From NCBI GenBank assembly GCA_035544355.1, contig DATKFO010000656.1, positions 1 to 24,545 of the forward strand: 24,545 nucleotides of DNA. The letters are read 5' to 3'. Each line of letters begins with the position of its first letter. Position 1 is the first letter of the stretch. The notes under the pieces are model-generated. The model saw only the letters and a program-made list of their open reading frames with translations. It was not told where the DNA came from and ran no database searches. Source of the DNA: Thermoanaerobaculia bacterium. Its GTDB lineage: Bacteria > Acidobacteriota > Thermoanaerobaculia > Gp7-AA8. Below are positions 22,970-24,545 of this stretch, piece after piece. The translations under genes were made by a program, and so were the position numbers.

Positions 22970-23323
22970 ATGAATCTCGCTGACCTCGTGCATGCTGTTC
23001 TCACCGGCGATCTGCTCGCCGCGCGTCAGTGGATCGCGGACGCGAATCGCGAGCACGTGCGCTGGGATCATTTCGAACGTCCCTCCGAACTCGATGATCG
23101 CGAGCTAACTGTTGCCGCCGCGCTCGCGGAGCTGCTCGCCGCGCGTGCCGGTACATCCGCGCCGCGATGGACTGCAACGATCGGCGCGCACGACGAGCCG
23201 CTGTTTCTCGATCGCGATCTCGAACAGATGTCGCGCACACGCGCGCATGCAATCGCCGATGCGCCGGAGCCGCTTCGCAAGCGCAATCTGTTCGCGCTGC
23301 CGGATTTTCTCGACGTGAGGTAG
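22970..23323 (+). CDS. Hypothetical helical protein (117 aa) with C-terminal PEPLRKRNLF motif
   Basis: Host-like codon usage and protein-like sequence; function not assignable. Confidence 0.75.
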   Translation: MNLADLVHAVLTGDLLAARQWIADANREHVRWDHFERPSELDDRELTVAAALAELLAARAGTSAPRWTATIGAHDEPLFLDRDLEQMSRTRAHAIADAPEPLRKRNLFALPDFLDVR

Positions 23324-23326
23324 CGG

Positions 23327-23538
23327 CTACAAATCCTCAGGCGTCAGCCCGGTGCGCTTCGCGATCTTCGCGAGCATTCTTGGGCCGATCTCGTCGCGCT
23401 CGTGAAACGCGAATACGTAATCAGGCCAGCCGGATCGTTGAAGGACTTTGTGCGAGCCGCCCTTTCACGTTTGATCGACCACCCGATGCGACGCAACGCA
23501 GCGAGAACCTGATTCGCCTTTGTCGCCGAGAAGCTCAT
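23327..23538 (-). pseudogene. hicA: HicA-family mRNase toxin with a frameshift
   Basis: Frame A (MSFSATKANQVLAALRRIGWSIKRE) switches at ~23457-23465 to frame B (GSHKVLQRSGWPDYVFAFHERDEIGPRMLAKIAKRTGLTPEDL, TAG at 23327). Span is 212 nt, not a multiple of 3. Confidence 0.85.
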
Positions 23539-23744
23539 TCGTGAACGGCGAAGACGCCTTCGATCTCGGGAATCGCTTCGCCATGTTCGAGGCGATCGGC
23601 GAGCACGCGAAACGCCAGCGCTTTCGCTTTCGCGACCGCTTCGTCACGGCTCTCGCCGTACACGAGCACACCCGGAAGCTCGGGAACTTCGCCGATCCAG
23701 CGGCCGTCAGTTTCGCGCTCGACATCAACGGTGAAGTCGCTCAT
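23535..23744 (-). CDS. hicB: Short HicB-family antitoxin (69 aa, no DNA-binding domain)
   Basis: MSDFTVDVERETDGRWIGEVPELPGVLVYGESRDEAVAKAKALA is the classic HicB N-terminal pattern. True start is 23744, within track ORF 23535..24320. ATGA overlap with hicA. Confidence 0.9.
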   Translation of the reverse strand: MSDFTVDVERETDGRWIGEVPELPGVLVYGESRDEAVAKAKALAFRVLADRLEHGEAIPEIEGVFAVHE

Positions 23745-23751
23745 GTGAAGA

Positions 23752-23757
23752 ATCGTA
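23752..23757 (-). promoter_or_regulatory. Putative leaderless -10 (TACGAT) for hicB
   Basis: TACGAT followed by 7 nt, then the ATG at 23744. Confidence 0.5.
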
Positions 23758-23764
23758 CAACGAG

Positions 23765-24545
23765 TTACAACGACAAGAACGCCTCGAACTCGGGCGCGGC
23801 CACTGGTGGTTTGATCAGGTATCCCTGCATTTGATCGCACGCGTGCCGTCGCAGGAAGTTTGCTTGTTCCGTGAACTCCACTCCCTCCGCGATTACTTTC
23901 AGTCGCAGCGAGTGGGCCATCGCGATGATGGCGGTCACGATTGCGGCGGTGTCGGGGTCGGTCACGATGTCCTGCACGAACGACTGATCGATTTTCAGTG
24001 TGTCGATTGGGAATCGTTTCAGGTACGCGAGCGACGAGTGGCCGGTGCCGAAGTCGTCGAGCGAGATGCGGATGCCGAGTTTCTTGAGGTCGTAGAGCAT
24101 GCGGATGCTCGTCTCGGGGCTCTGCATCGCGCTGCTTTCGGTGATCTCGAGCTCGAGCAGGCGCGCCGGCAGCGCAGTTTCGCGCAGCGTGTCGGCGACG
24201 CGGTCGACGAGATCGACTTGTTGCAATTGCGTGAGCGAGAGATTCACGGCGAGCGAGAGGCTGCGGAATCCCGCTTCGTGCCACGCCTTGGCCTGATGAC
24301 ATGCGGTGCGAAGCGCCCACGCGCCGATCGGTCCCATCACACCGGTCGATTCGGCGAGCGGGATGAACACCGCGGGCGGGATCGATCCGAGCTCGGGATG
24401 CTGCCAGCGCAGCAGCGCTTCCATGCCGCTGATGTTGCCGGAGCGCAGATCGAAGATCGGCTGGTAGTGCACCGCGAGCTCCTGGTTCGCGAGCGCCTTG
24501 CGCAGTCCGTGCTCGAGTTGAATGCGCTGCAACGCCTTCTGATTG
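23765..24545 (-). CDS. EAL-domain c-di-GMP phosphodiesterase, partial: 5' end lies beyond the right edge
   Basis: EALLRW, AVNLS, LELEITES, DDFGTGHSS, LKID, AEGVE and MQG motifs are all intact. The frame stays open to the window end. Confidence 0.95.
   Translation of the reverse strand, partial: NQKALQRIQLEHGLRKALANQELAVHYQPIFDLRSGNISGMEALLRWQHPELGSIPPAVFIPLAESTGVMGPIGAWALRTACHQAKAWHEAGFRSLSLAVNLSLTQLQQVDLVDRVADTLRETALPARLLELEITESSAMQSPETSIRMLYDLKKLGIRISLDDFGTGHSSLAYLKRFPIDTLKIDQSFVQDIVTDPDTAAIVTAIIAMAHSLRLKVIAEGVEFTEQANFLRRHACDQMQGYLIKPPVAAPEFEAFLSL

Noticed and set aside
23745-24320. Track N-terminal extension of ORF 23535..24320
   Set aside because: Alternate frame of the EAL gene; only the last 69 codons are HicB.
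23765-24545. EAL gene as part of the TA or defence patch
   Set aside because: Ordinary EAL domain; hicB appears to have its own promoter in the 20-nt gap, and nothing links the two functionally.

Overview
GC-rich chromosomal window. The gene mix (kinase-TM-propeller, multiheme cytochrome-TPR, CHAT/ECF genes) suggests Acidobacteriota, possibly Thermoanaerobaculia-like; this is inference only. Left to right: a membrane-anchored TPR-CHAT protease (minus strand, runs off the left edge, missing from the ORF track); a possible 57-aa ORF; a nested REP-like palindrome composite; a DUF4153-like membrane protein; a Hanks-type Ser/Thr kinase; a heptaheme cytochrome c-TPR protein; a coupled SIR2-like plus STAND (nSTAND1-like) ATPase pair followed by a frameshifted GT2 fragment; dnaE; a secreted TPR-CHAT protease converging on an ECF sigma / zinc anti-sigma operon; a secreted PKD protein; an orphan hypothetical; hicB with a frameshifted hicA; and the 3' end of an EAL phosphodiesterase gene. 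Best leads: (1) the SIR2 plus membrane-anchored STAND pair as a candidate defence/conflict system; (2) ECF sigma, anti-sigma and exported CHAT protease as a candidate regulated-proteolysis cascade; (3) REP-like palindromes that form in-frame protein linkers, one just after the clamp-binding motif of DnaE; (4) a ~105-aa acidic insertion in the DnaE OB fold. All family calls come from reading motifs by eye; no searches were run.
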